DNA of 61,803 bases from an uncultured Oscillospiraceae bacterium (GTDB lineage Bacteria; Bacillota; Clostridia; Oscillospirales; Acutalibacteraceae), in NCBI GenBank assembly GCA_902489335.1, contig CABTZO010000001.1, forward strand, positions 1-61,803, in the 5' to 3' direction. The notes beneath the pieces are model-generated. The model searched no databases. It worked only from the letters and a program-made list of their open reading frames with translations, and had not been told where the DNA came from. Of the stretch, positions 8,558 to 16,438 are shown piece by piece. The translations under genes and the position numbers were made by a program. Each line of letters starts with the position of its first letter. Position 1 is the first letter of the stretch.

Positions 8558-9651
8558 CAATCTTTTAAGTTGAGCGGATAGGTCCAACCCATAAAGTCTT
8601 CAAGTTTTCCTGTTTGCATTCCGTAAAGGGTGTCGTAAAGTTTTTGGGCAGTTTCTCCGACTTTTCCGTCTCCGACTTGATAATCTTTTCCCTTATAATT
8701 TAAAACCCCGATAGGTGAAATTACAGCTGCGGTTCCGCTCGCAAAAATTTCTTTCAAACTATTATCTTCTGAAGCTTTGAGTATGTCATCAATAGAAAGT
8801 TTTCTTTCACTGATTTTCATTCCCCAATGTTTTAATAGCTTGATAACAGAATCCCTGGTGATGCCGGGCAATATTGTTCCGCTGTCAAGAGGAGCGGTAA
8901 TTACTTCATCACCGATTTTGAAGAAAGCGTTTGAAGTGCCGATTTCTTCGACATATTTATGTTCCAAAGCATCAAGCCAAAGGACATCTTTACAGTTATA
9001 TTTCATAGCATTCTTAGAAGCTCTCATTCCTCCGCCGTAGTTTCCTCCGACTTTGGCAAATCCGGTTCCGCCGGGCACCGCACGAACATATTCGTCTTCG
9101 ACATAAATTCTCGTTGTGCTGAGTCCTCCGTCATTTGCCGCATAATATGAACCTGTTGGGCTGAGAATTATCATAAATTTATAGTGCTTTGCGGGAAGAA
9201 CGGAAAAAGAAACTTCGTCTCCAAAGATAAACGGTCTGATATACATCGCCGTACCTTCAAGTTTTGGCATCCAATCGGCGTCAACCTTGATTAACTGTTC
9301 AACCGCTGCGACCAACAGGTCATCCGGTAAATCCGGAATACACATTCTCTCGTTTGTGTTTTTCATTCTCTTGACATTCATATCCGGTCTGAAAATCTGA
9401 ATGCCTCCGTCCGGGCGTCTGTATGCTTTCATTCCCTCAAACATCATCTGAGCATAGTGAAGAACGCAGGACGCGGGTTCAATCAGAAAAGGTTCATTCG
9501 GAACAATTCTTCCGTCGTGCCAGCCTTGATCTTCATCATAATCCATTACAAACATGTGATCGGTAAAATATCTTGCAAAACCGAGCTTTGTTTCATCTTC
9601 CGGTCTTTTCTTGGGACTTTTTGTCCTCTCAACTCTAAAATTGTAACTCAT
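8557..9651 (-). CDS. ilvE: Branched-chain amino acid aminotransferase (class IV, long form)
   Basis: 364 aa with conserved blocks (HYAQMMFEGMKAYR, GGTGFAKVGGNYG, ILPGITRDSV). Confidence 0.9.
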   Translation of the reverse strand: MSYNFRVERTKSPKKRPEDETKLGFARYFTDHMFVMDYDEDQGWHDGRIVPNEPFLIEPASCVLHYAQMMFEGMKAYRRPDGGIQIFRPDMNVKRMKNTNERMCIPDLPDDLLVAAVEQLIKVDADWMPKLEGTAMYIRPFIFGDEVSFSVLPAKHYKFMIILSPTGSYYAANDGGLSTTRIYVEDEYVRAVPGGTGFAKVGGNYGGGMRASKNAMKYNCKDVLWLDALEHKYVEEIGTSNAFFKIGDEVITAPLDSGTILPGITRDSVIKLLKHWGMKISERKLSIDDILKASEDNSLKEIFASGTAAVISPIGVLNYKGKDYQVGDGKVGETAQKLYDTLYGMQTGKLEDFMGWTYPLNLKD

Positions 9652-9669
9652 TGTATCCTTCTTTCTTTA

Positions 9670-10458
9670 TTATAAATTATAAATTTCTGCTCTTCTGTCA
9701 TTAAAGACATTAATATCTCGGCGAATTTTATTGACTGTTTCAAAATTGCACTCGCAAAAATCAATCTCTTCTTTACCGCCTAAATTGTAAAGTTCATTTC
9801 CCAAAGGGTCAAAGGCTATGGAATTTCCTCCGTAAACTGTTTTTTCTGCCTTTCCACACGAATTACAGGAAACCGCAAAGATTTGATTTTCAATTGCCCT
9901 CGCCTTTAAAAGTGACTTAAACTGTTCAATCCTTTCTTTGGGCCACTGGGCGACGACAAAAATCAATTTTATCCCATCAAGTGCAAGACTTCTTATCAAT
10001 TCGGGAAATCTCAAATCGTAGCAAATTATTACCGCAGCTTTTTCTCCGTCGACTAAAAATGTCTTATACCCTTTTCCTTTTTCAAAATATTTGTCTTCTT
10101 CCATCGGTGAAAATAGGTGACATTTATCATATTCGCAAATAACGGTTCCGTTTCTGTCAAATACAAAAGAAGTATTGTATATTTTGCCGTCATTTTTTTT
10201 ATTCATCACGCTTCCGGCAACAGCATTCACCTTATATTTTTTACAGAGTTCACCGAAAAGTCTTTTCGTCTTTTCTCCGTTTATGTCGGCAAATTCCGAT
10301 AAATCATTTTTAGGAAAAAATCCCACATCCCACATTTCAGGATAAACAATAACATCCGGATTTTTTGACAATGCTTTATCGAACATCTTTTTAGCCAAAT
10401 CATAATTTGATTCTTTATTTAGAAAAGTCATATTCATTTGGCAACATGCTATTTTCAT
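9670..10458 (-). CDS. Carbon-nitrogen hydrolase family protein (Nit/omega-amidase-like)
   Basis: The E-K-C triad context is present: VIVYPEMWDVGF, YDKCHLF, AVIICYDLRFPE. Confidence 0.8.
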   Translation of the reverse strand: MKIACCQMNMTFLNKESNYDLAKKMFDKALSKNPDVIVYPEMWDVGFFPKNDLSEFADINGEKTKRLFGELCKKYKVNAVAGSVMNKKNDGKIYNTSFVFDRNGTVICEYDKCHLFSPMEEDKYFEKGKGYKTFLVDGEKAAVIICYDLRFPELIRSLALDGIKLIFVVAQWPKERIEQFKSLLKARAIENQIFAVSCNSCGKAEKTVYGGNSIAFDPLGNELYNLGGKEEIDFCECNFETVNKIRRDINVFNDRRAEIYNL

Positions 10459-10466
10459 AATATCAC

Positions 10467-12734
10467 CTACAGTTTATTTCTCTGTATTTTTCCGCTTATG
10501 GTTTTCGGGAGACTATTTCTAAAGACAACTTTTCGCGGATATTTATACGGAGCGGTATTAGATTTTACATATGTCTGAATTTCTTTTATAAGTTCTTCAC
10601 TGCCCTCTGTTCCGTCAACCAATACCACACTCGCTTTAACAATCTGACCTCTTATCTCATCTTTTTCGGCTGAGACTCCACATTCCAAAACATAGGGTAG
10701 TTCCATTATTACGCTTTCAATTTCAAACGGTCCGATTCTATAACCGGATGATTTAATAACATCGTCAACTCGTCCGACATACCAGAAGAATCCGTCTTCG
10801 TCTCGCCAAGCAGTGTCTCCTGTATGATAAGCTCCGTCATGCCAAACTTCCTTGGTTTTTTCATCATCGTTATAGTAACCCATAAAGATTCCGGGCGTAT
10901 TCTTGGCTGAAGTTTTGACAACGATTTCACCGATTTCACCGTTTGGCAAACTGTTTCCTTCTTCATCGACTATATCAACATCATAAAGAGGAGTTGCCTG
11001 TCCCATTGAACCGAATTTATGTGTGTTGCCCATTAAATTTGCTATTACGAGAGCAAGCTCGGTCTGACCGAATCCCTCCATTATTTCAAGCCCCGTACTG
11101 TTTTTAAACTGTTTGTATACTTCCGGATTTAAGGCTTCACCGGCTGTTGTCATATGTTTGATGCTTGAAAAATCATACTTTGATAAATCTTGTTTAATCA
11201 TCATTCTCAGGATTGTAGGTGGTGCACAGAATGAAGTTATACCGTATTTCTCGAAAAGAGGCATTATATCCGCCGCATCAAAACGGTCAAAATCATATAC
11301 GAAGACTGCACCTTCACAGAGCCATTGTCCGTAAAGTTTTCCCCACATAGCTTTGGCCCAACCGGTTTCGGCAATTGTAAAATGAAGACTGTTGTGTTCA
11401 ACTCCGTGCCAATATTTTGCCGTTATGTAATGTCCTAAAGCATATTTATAGTTATGCATCGCTATTTTGGGATAACCTGTAGTTCCGGAAGTAAAGAACA
11501 TCAACATTGGGTCATTTCCGCAAGGAGAATCGTTTCTTCTTCTAAAATGGGTGCTGAATAACTGATATTCTTCGTCAAAATCATGCCAGCCTTCTCTCTC
11601 TCCGCCGACAAGAATTTTGTTTTGAAGTTTTCCGACTTTCTCTTCGGCCAGTTCTACCTGATGAGCAACATCACCGTCCGCGGTACATAAAATTGCACTG
11701 ACTCCGGCACTTTCAAATCTGTATTCAAAATCATGGGATTGTAGTTGATTTGTTGCAGGAATTGCTATTGCACCGAGTTTATGCAGTCCTAAAATTGCAA
11801 ACCAAAATTGATAATGTCTTTTAAGAACAAGCATAACCCTGTCTCCGCGTTTAATACCCAAAGATTTGAAATAATTGGCCGCTCGAGCAGAATTTTTTCG
11901 CATGTCATCATAGGTAAATTTTCTTTCAACTTTGTCTTTCGACAGATGAATCATTGCTGTTTTTGTCGGATCTTTTTTTGCTACTTTGTCAACAACATCA
12001 AAAGCAAAATTAAAATTATCATCATTTTTGAATTTGATATCAAGTAAGGACCCGTTTTCATCTTCATGAAGCTCAATGAAATCTGCGCTTACACCGTGCT
12101 TAGATGCTTTTATAGGTGCAATTACCGTCTCTCTCGTTTTCTTTTCGTTTTCTTCTTCTCCCGGCAAAACAACGGCAAGGAAAAAACAATCTTCTCCGTT
12201 TACGGCTATCATTCCGTGAGGTGTTGCGCTGTTATAGTAAATACTGTCGCCCTCATTAAGATATTCAATATGATCTCCGACTTGAACTTTAAGGCAACCG
12301 CTCATAACATAATCAAATTCTTGACCTTTGTGTTTTGTCAAATGAATTGGTCTGTTTTGTAGCTCTTGGCTGAACTCATATTTAACAAAATAGGGTTCTG
12401 CTATCTTTTTACGAAAAAGCGGAGCAAGATTTTTTATATCTATTCCCGGTTCTTTTGCAGTCTCCTGTCCTTCGCCTTTTCTTGTGACATTGTAAAACGA
12501 AAGATGTGCGCTAACCCCTTCTAAAATATCGGTTACACCTATATCAAAAACCAAGGAACATTTATGTATAAATGTAAACGGAAAGTCCTGTGTTCCGCTC
12601 TCAAAATTTCTATATTCCTCTAAACTGACATCTGTCTTTTCAGCCATTTCTTCCTGTGACAGACCTGAAATTTCGCGCATTTCCTTTATTCTTGTAGCTA
12701 TTTCAAATAATTTTTCTGCTGCAACAGTTGTCAT
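10467..12734 (-). CDS. Tri-domain fusion: XRE-type HTH, cupin, and AMP-forming (medium-chain/acetyl-CoA-synthetase-like) acyl-CoA synthetase
   Basis: HTH_3 segment (EMREISGLSQEEMAEKTDVSLEEYRNFESG). Cupin segment (HKGQEFDYVMSGCLKVQVGDHIEYLNEGDSIYYNSATPHG). Adenylation motifs (FFTSGTTGYPKIAMH, GFGQTE, YHTGDTAWRDEDGFFWYVGRVDDVIKSSGYRIGP, SGKIQR). RBS AAGGAGG 8 nt upstream. Confidence 0.85.
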   Translation of the reverse strand: MTTVAAEKLFEIATRIKEMREISGLSQEEMAEKTDVSLEEYRNFESGTQDFPFTFIHKCSLVFDIGVTDILEGVSAHLSFYNVTRKGEGQETAKEPGIDIKNLAPLFRKKIAEPYFVKYEFSQELQNRPIHLTKHKGQEFDYVMSGCLKVQVGDHIEYLNEGDSIYYNSATPHGMIAVNGEDCFFLAVVLPGEEENEKKTRETVIAPIKASKHGVSADFIELHEDENGSLLDIKFKNDDNFNFAFDVVDKVAKKDPTKTAMIHLSKDKVERKFTYDDMRKNSARAANYFKSLGIKRGDRVMLVLKRHYQFWFAILGLHKLGAIAIPATNQLQSHDFEYRFESAGVSAILCTADGDVAHQVELAEEKVGKLQNKILVGGEREGWHDFDEEYQLFSTHFRRRNDSPCGNDPMLMFFTSGTTGYPKIAMHNYKYALGHYITAKYWHGVEHNSLHFTIAETGWAKAMWGKLYGQWLCEGAVFVYDFDRFDAADIMPLFEKYGITSFCAPPTILRMMIKQDLSKYDFSSIKHMTTAGEALNPEVYKQFKNSTGLEIMEGFGQTELALVIANLMGNTHKFGSMGQATPLYDVDIVDEEGNSLPNGEIGEIVVKTSAKNTPGIFMGYYNDDEKTKEVWHDGAYHTGDTAWRDEDGFFWYVGRVDDVIKSSGYRIGPFEIESVIMELPYVLECGVSAEKDEIRGQIVKASVVLVDGTEGSEELIKEIQTYVKSNTAPYKYPRKVVFRNSLPKTISGKIQRNKL

Positions 12735-12744
12735 TTCAGTTTCC

Positions 12745-13025
12745 TCCTTATAAAAAAACGCACCCGTCTCAATGATTTTTCATTGAGACGGATGCTAATC
12801 ATCCGCGGTACCACTCAAATTGCGACAAATATGTCGCCACTCACAGAGCCCAACAGCTCCTTTGCACTAACGTAGCAATTCACGAAAGACCCTACTAAAT
12901 AAAAATTTTTCAAATCTCCAGCTCAGAAGTGATAAGCAATTGGCGTTTTTTATTATCGGTTCTCACCAACCACCGACTCTCTTTAATAAAAATTCGCCTG
13001 CCGTCTTCATCACAGCTTTTTTTGT
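12745..13025 (-). promoter_or_regulatory. T-box riboswitch leader, specifier read as AUC (Ile), with terminator/antiterminator
   Basis: Read on the minus strand. K-turn GCUGUGAUGAAG / CUUCUGAGC. Helices GGCG/CGCC and UUUUUAUUA/UAAUAAAAA. AG bulge AAGAGAG. Distal loop GGUUGGUGAGA. F-box-like ACGUUAG. Stem III GCGACAuauuUGUCGC. T-box AAUUUGAGUGGUACCGCGG (plus-strand 12803-12821) with a UGGU bulge. Antiterminator helices UUGAG/CUCAA and CGGAUG/CAUCCG. Terminator CCGUCUCAAUGA-aaaa-UCAUUGAGACGG plus U7 (12752-12791). Confidence 0.88.
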
Positions 13026-13032
13026 TTTCTGA

Positions 13033-13061
13033 ATTCTATATCTAATGTATTTTTTTGTCAA
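13033..13061 (-). promoter_or_regulatory. Sigma-A promoter of the T-box operon (TTGACA-17 nt-TAGAAT)
   Basis: The -35 element is at 13056-13061 and the -10 element at 13033-13038 (minus strand). This places the TSS a few nt before the Stem I K-turn. Confidence 0.65.
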
Positions 13062-13165
13062 TATATAATTTGTTTTTTATTAAAAACAACAAAGTTTAAT
13101 TGAGAAATATATTTTGTTTTTGTTGACTTCGCCCTATATTTGAACTTTTTATTTTAATTTTGATA

Positions 13166-14497
13166 TCAAACAACACCTTGGGCCATCATGGCATCGGCTA
13201 CCTTCAAAAATCCGGTTACATTTGCACCTAAAACAAGATTACCCTTGTCGTTATATTCTTCTGCAGCATCAGAAATATTGTAGTATATATTTTGCATTAT
13301 TTTTTCCAAATGTTTATCAACCTGCAAAAAGCTTTTTGCAAGCCTCTGAGAGTTTTGCGACATCTCTAAAGCAGAAACGGCAACCCCACCTGCATTTGCA
13401 GCTTTTGCCGGTCCAAAAATCACCTTACTGTTCTGGAAATATTTTACTGCATCAATTGTTGTTGGCATATTTGCACCTTCTGCAACCAAAATACATCCGT
13501 TTTTACACAGCTCCTTTGCATCATCAAGTAGCAATTCATTTTGCGTTGCACAGGGAAGCGCAATATCACAGGGGATATTCCAAGGACGTTGACTGGGAAA
13601 ATATTCCGCTTCTTTCCTATATTGTAAATATGAGTGGATCCTCTCTTTTTTATTTTCTTTAACTTCTTTTAAGACTTCAAGGTCAATGCCGTCTTTATCA
13701 TATATAAATCCGCTCGAATCAGATGCGGTCAAAACTTTTGCCCCCATTTCGATTGCCTTTTCAATAGCATAGATAGCTACGTTTCCTGAACCTGATATTG
13801 AAACTTTTTTGTTTGCTAAACTTGCTCCCATTGATTCCAGCAGAGTTTCAACAAAATAAATAAGTCCGTATCCGGTTGCTTCGGTTCTTGCGAGTGATCC
13901 ACCGTAGCTGAGGCCCTTTCCCGTTAAAACACCTACATATTTATTTGTTATTCTCTTGTATTGACCGAAAAGATATCCTATCTCTTTTGCGCCGACTCCT
14001 ATATCTCCTGCCGGAACATCGGTATCTTCTCCGATGACTCTGTATAATGATGTCATAAAGCTCTGGCAAAGTCTCATGATTTCATTGTCACTCTTGCCTT
14101 TAGGATTAAAATTGCAACCACCCTTACCGGCACCGATTGGAAGTGAAGTCAAAGAATTCTTGAAAATTTGTTCAAAAGCTAAGAATTTTATAACCGAAAG
14201 ATTTACAGACGGATGAAATCTGAGTCCTCCTTTATATGGCCCTATCGCTGAGTTAAACTGGATTCTATACCCTCTGTTGACTCTAACTTTTCCGTTATCA
14301 TCAATCCATGGCACGCGAAAAACATATAATCTTTCAGGCTCAACAAGTCTTTCCATGAGTGCAGCTTTTTGATATTCCGGATGAGCATCTAAAACAGGTT
14401 CAATTGATTTTATAAAGGCTCTGCTTGCCTGTAAGAACTCTGCTTGACCACGATTATTATCTTCCAAATAACTGATTATCTTTGATCCGTATGACAT
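13166..14497 (-). CDS. gdhA: Glutamate dehydrogenase (NADP-type, hexameric family)
   Basis: Start moved to MSYGSKI. GDH signature KGGLRFHPSVNLSVIKFLAFEQIFKNSLT and Rossmann motif GSGNVA are present. Confidence 0.92.
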   Translation of the reverse strand: MSYGSKIISYLEDNNRGQAEFLQASRAFIKSIEPVLDAHPEYQKAALMERLVEPERLYVFRVPWIDDNGKVRVNRGYRIQFNSAIGPYKGGLRFHPSVNLSVIKFLAFEQIFKNSLTSLPIGAGKGGCNFNPKGKSDNEIMRLCQSFMTSLYRVIGEDTDVPAGDIGVGAKEIGYLFGQYKRITNKYVGVLTGKGLSYGGSLARTEATGYGLIYFVETLLESMGASLANKKVSISGSGNVAIYAIEKAIEMGAKVLTASDSSGFIYDKDGIDLEVLKEVKENKKERIHSYLQYRKEAEYFPSQRPWNIPCDIALPCATQNELLLDDAKELCKNGCILVAEGANMPTTIDAVKYFQNSKVIFGPAKAANAGGVAVSALEMSQNSQRLAKSFLQVDKHLEKIMQNIYYNISDAAEEYNDKGNLVLGANVTGFLKVADAMMAQGVV

Positions 14498-14581
14498 TAT
14501 ATTTCTTTTCCTTCCAATTTTCTTTGACTTTGATATTATATTATCAATAACAGCAAAATGCAATATTATATTGATAATCTT

Positions 14582-14612
14582 TCAAAAAAATAAAGGCTTG
14601 GAATCAAGCCTT
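14582..14612 (-). terminator. Intrinsic terminator
   Basis: Hairpin aaaggcttg-gaat-caagccttt. On the minus strand it is followed by TTATTTTTTT. Confidence 0.7.
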
Positions 14613-14703
14613 TATTCATCTTTAGTTATTTTTGTTGTATTTTCAATGCATCGTGTATTTTATTTGTATATTTTGTATAGTGCGTTATTTTCGAAATTGC
14701 AAG

Positions 14704-15054
14704 TTATTTATTTTTACTTGCATTTTTATGAGACTTTTTTTGCTTTTTAGATTGAACTTGTCCCTGATTTTTTCTGCTTTCATATATTTCAACAGCTTGA
14801 TTATGAATTCTTTCTTTTTTAGCTTTTAGAATTTCGTTTTTCTCTTTCTTTTCTCTTTTTATTTGCTCTTTTGTCTTTTGTCTGTTCGGATGAATAGCAA
14901 CAAGTTCATCGAAGGTATCTTTTGCAAAAGGCTTGACTATAGGGAGTCTATTTGCAAAATAATAAAAATTAAGCGTCAATAAAGTAGCTCCTAAAGATGC
15001 GGTAAAAACAAGTGCGCTTTTTGCAAATAAATTTTGTTCTTTCATAATTTTCAC
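14704..15054 (-). CDS. Hypothetical protein with N-terminal TM anchor and Lys/Glu/Gln-rich tail
   Basis: RBS GAGGAG 8 nt upstream of the ATG. One hydrophobic segment (ALVFTASLGATLLTL) is followed by a highly charged C-terminus. Confidence 0.5.
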   Translation of the reverse strand: MKIMKEQNLFAKSALVFTASLGATLLTLNFYYFANRLPIVKPFAKDTFDELVAIHPNRQKTKEQIKREKKEKNEILKAKKERIHNQAVEIYESRKNQGQVQSKKQKKSHKNASKNK

Positions 15055-15205
15055 TCCTCTATTTTATTATAACGATGATATCTTTTTTAAATTTACCTGT
15101 CAACTGCTCGTTTTGACTCTTGTTTTATTTAACAATTCTTAAAAGCTTCGATATTTTCTTTTACATCTCAAATATGTTAAAATGTACAGGTTGTAGGAGG
15201 AGTGA

Positions 15206-15736
15206 ATGAAGGAACTTTTTAAAAATTTAAAAAAAGAATATTTAAATAAACAAACTTTAATATACATGATTTTCGGTCAATTGACAACTGCCGTCAGTCT
15301 CGCTACTTTCTATTGCGGAAAATTTCTTTTTGCCGGTTTTGAAAACACATTTAAAAACTTTCCCGGAGCTTTTATACTTGCAAAGCCTTATTTGTGGGCT
15401 AATGTTTTTTCATGGTTCTGTGCCGTAACTTTTTCTTTCTTGACCAGCAAATATCTTGTGTTCCACAGTGCAAGCAAGAATAAGGCTTTTTTCAAAGAAG
15501 GAATCAACTTTTATAGCGGAAGACTTATTTCTTTGTTTTTCCAACAATTCGGTCTCTACCTTTTGGTAGAAAAGCTATATATCTCACCGTTTATTTCTAA
15601 AATGTTGACAGGTTGTGTAGTGGTAGTATTAAACTTTTTCTTTGCAAAATACATATTTTACGGTGCAAACAATTCAACAGAAAAAGAATATAAAAACAAC
15701 AAAAAAATTGAAACAAATCAAGAAATGGAGGAATAA
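15206..15736 (+). CDS. GtrA-family membrane protein
   Basis: RBS AGGAGG. 176 aa with 4 TM segments and a GtrA-like N-terminus (IYMIFGQLTTAVSLATFY). Confidence 0.65.
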   Translation: MKELFKNLKKEYLNKQTLIYMIFGQLTTAVSLATFYCGKFLFAGFENTFKNFPGAFILAKPYLWANVFSWFCAVTFSFLTSKYLVFHSASKNKAFFKEGINFYSGRLISLFFQQFGLYLLVEKLYISPFISKMLTGCVVVVLNFFFAKYIFYGANNSTEKEYKNNKKIETNQEMEE

Positions 15737-15739
15737 AGT

Positions 15740-16438
15740 ATGGGAATAATTTTTGAGTGTCAGAATTTAACAAAAAAATACGGCCATCTTATCGCACTTA
15801 ATTCTATAAACCTTAAACTTGAAACCGGAAAGGTCGTTGGTCTGTTAGGACCAAACGGAAGCGGAAAAACCACCCTTCTAAAACTCGGTGCCGGCCTGTT
15901 AGTTCCGAATGAAGGAGAAGTTTTAATAGATGGACTCAATCCTTCTGTTAAGACAAAAGAAATGACAGCTTTTTTACCTGAAAGAAACTCACTTGATGTT
16001 AACATGACTGTTGATTATCTATTGAAATTCTTTGCCGATTTCTATTATGATTTTAATATGGAAAAGGCACGCCGTCTTTTATCTGATTTAGGTGTCAATT
16101 CAAAAAATAAACTTTCTCAATTATCAAAAGGAAACAGAGAAAAAGTTCAGATTATTCTGACTATGAGCAGAGATGCAAAACTTTATTTGCTTGATGAACC
16201 TATCGGCGGCGTTGATCCTGCTTCAAGGGATTATATCTTGAAAACAATTATTAGTTCTTATAACAAAGATGCCTGCGTTTTAATTTCAACTCATTTGATT
16301 GCCGATGTTGAAGATATTCTCGATGATTTTATTTTCATTCGCGAAGGTGAGATTATTAAAAGCGGAAATGTAGAAGCGATTAAGGCAAGAAAGAAAAAAT
16401 CTTTAGATAAAATTTTCAGGGAGGCTTTCATATGTTAG
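15740..16438 (+). CDS. ABC transporter ATP-binding protein
   Basis: Walker A GPNGSGKTT, signature LSKGNREK, Walker B LYLLDEP. Confidence 0.9.
   Translation: MGIIFECQNLTKKYGHLIALNSINLKLETGKVVGLLGPNGSGKTTLLKLGAGLLVPNEGEVLIDGLNPSVKTKEMTAFLPERNSLDVNMTVDYLLKFFADFYYDFNMEKARRLLSDLGVNSKNKLSQLSKGNREKVQIILTMSRDAKLYLLDEPIGGVDPASRDYILKTIISSYNKDACVLISTHLIADVEDILDDFIFIREGEIIKSGNVEAIKARKKKSLDKIFREAFIC

Noticed and set aside
12931-12940. Alternative specifier readings for the T-box (CUU-Leu or GCU-Ala, a few nt 5' of AUC), obtained if GUGAU/AUCAC is taken as the helix below the specifier loop.
   Set aside because: That pairing destroys the K-turn. With GC/GC, the UGU bulge, tandem G.A and the GAAG/CUUC helix, as in glyQS-type leaders, the codon next to the conserved purine is AUC. 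I still flag that only a covariance-model alignment can settle this.
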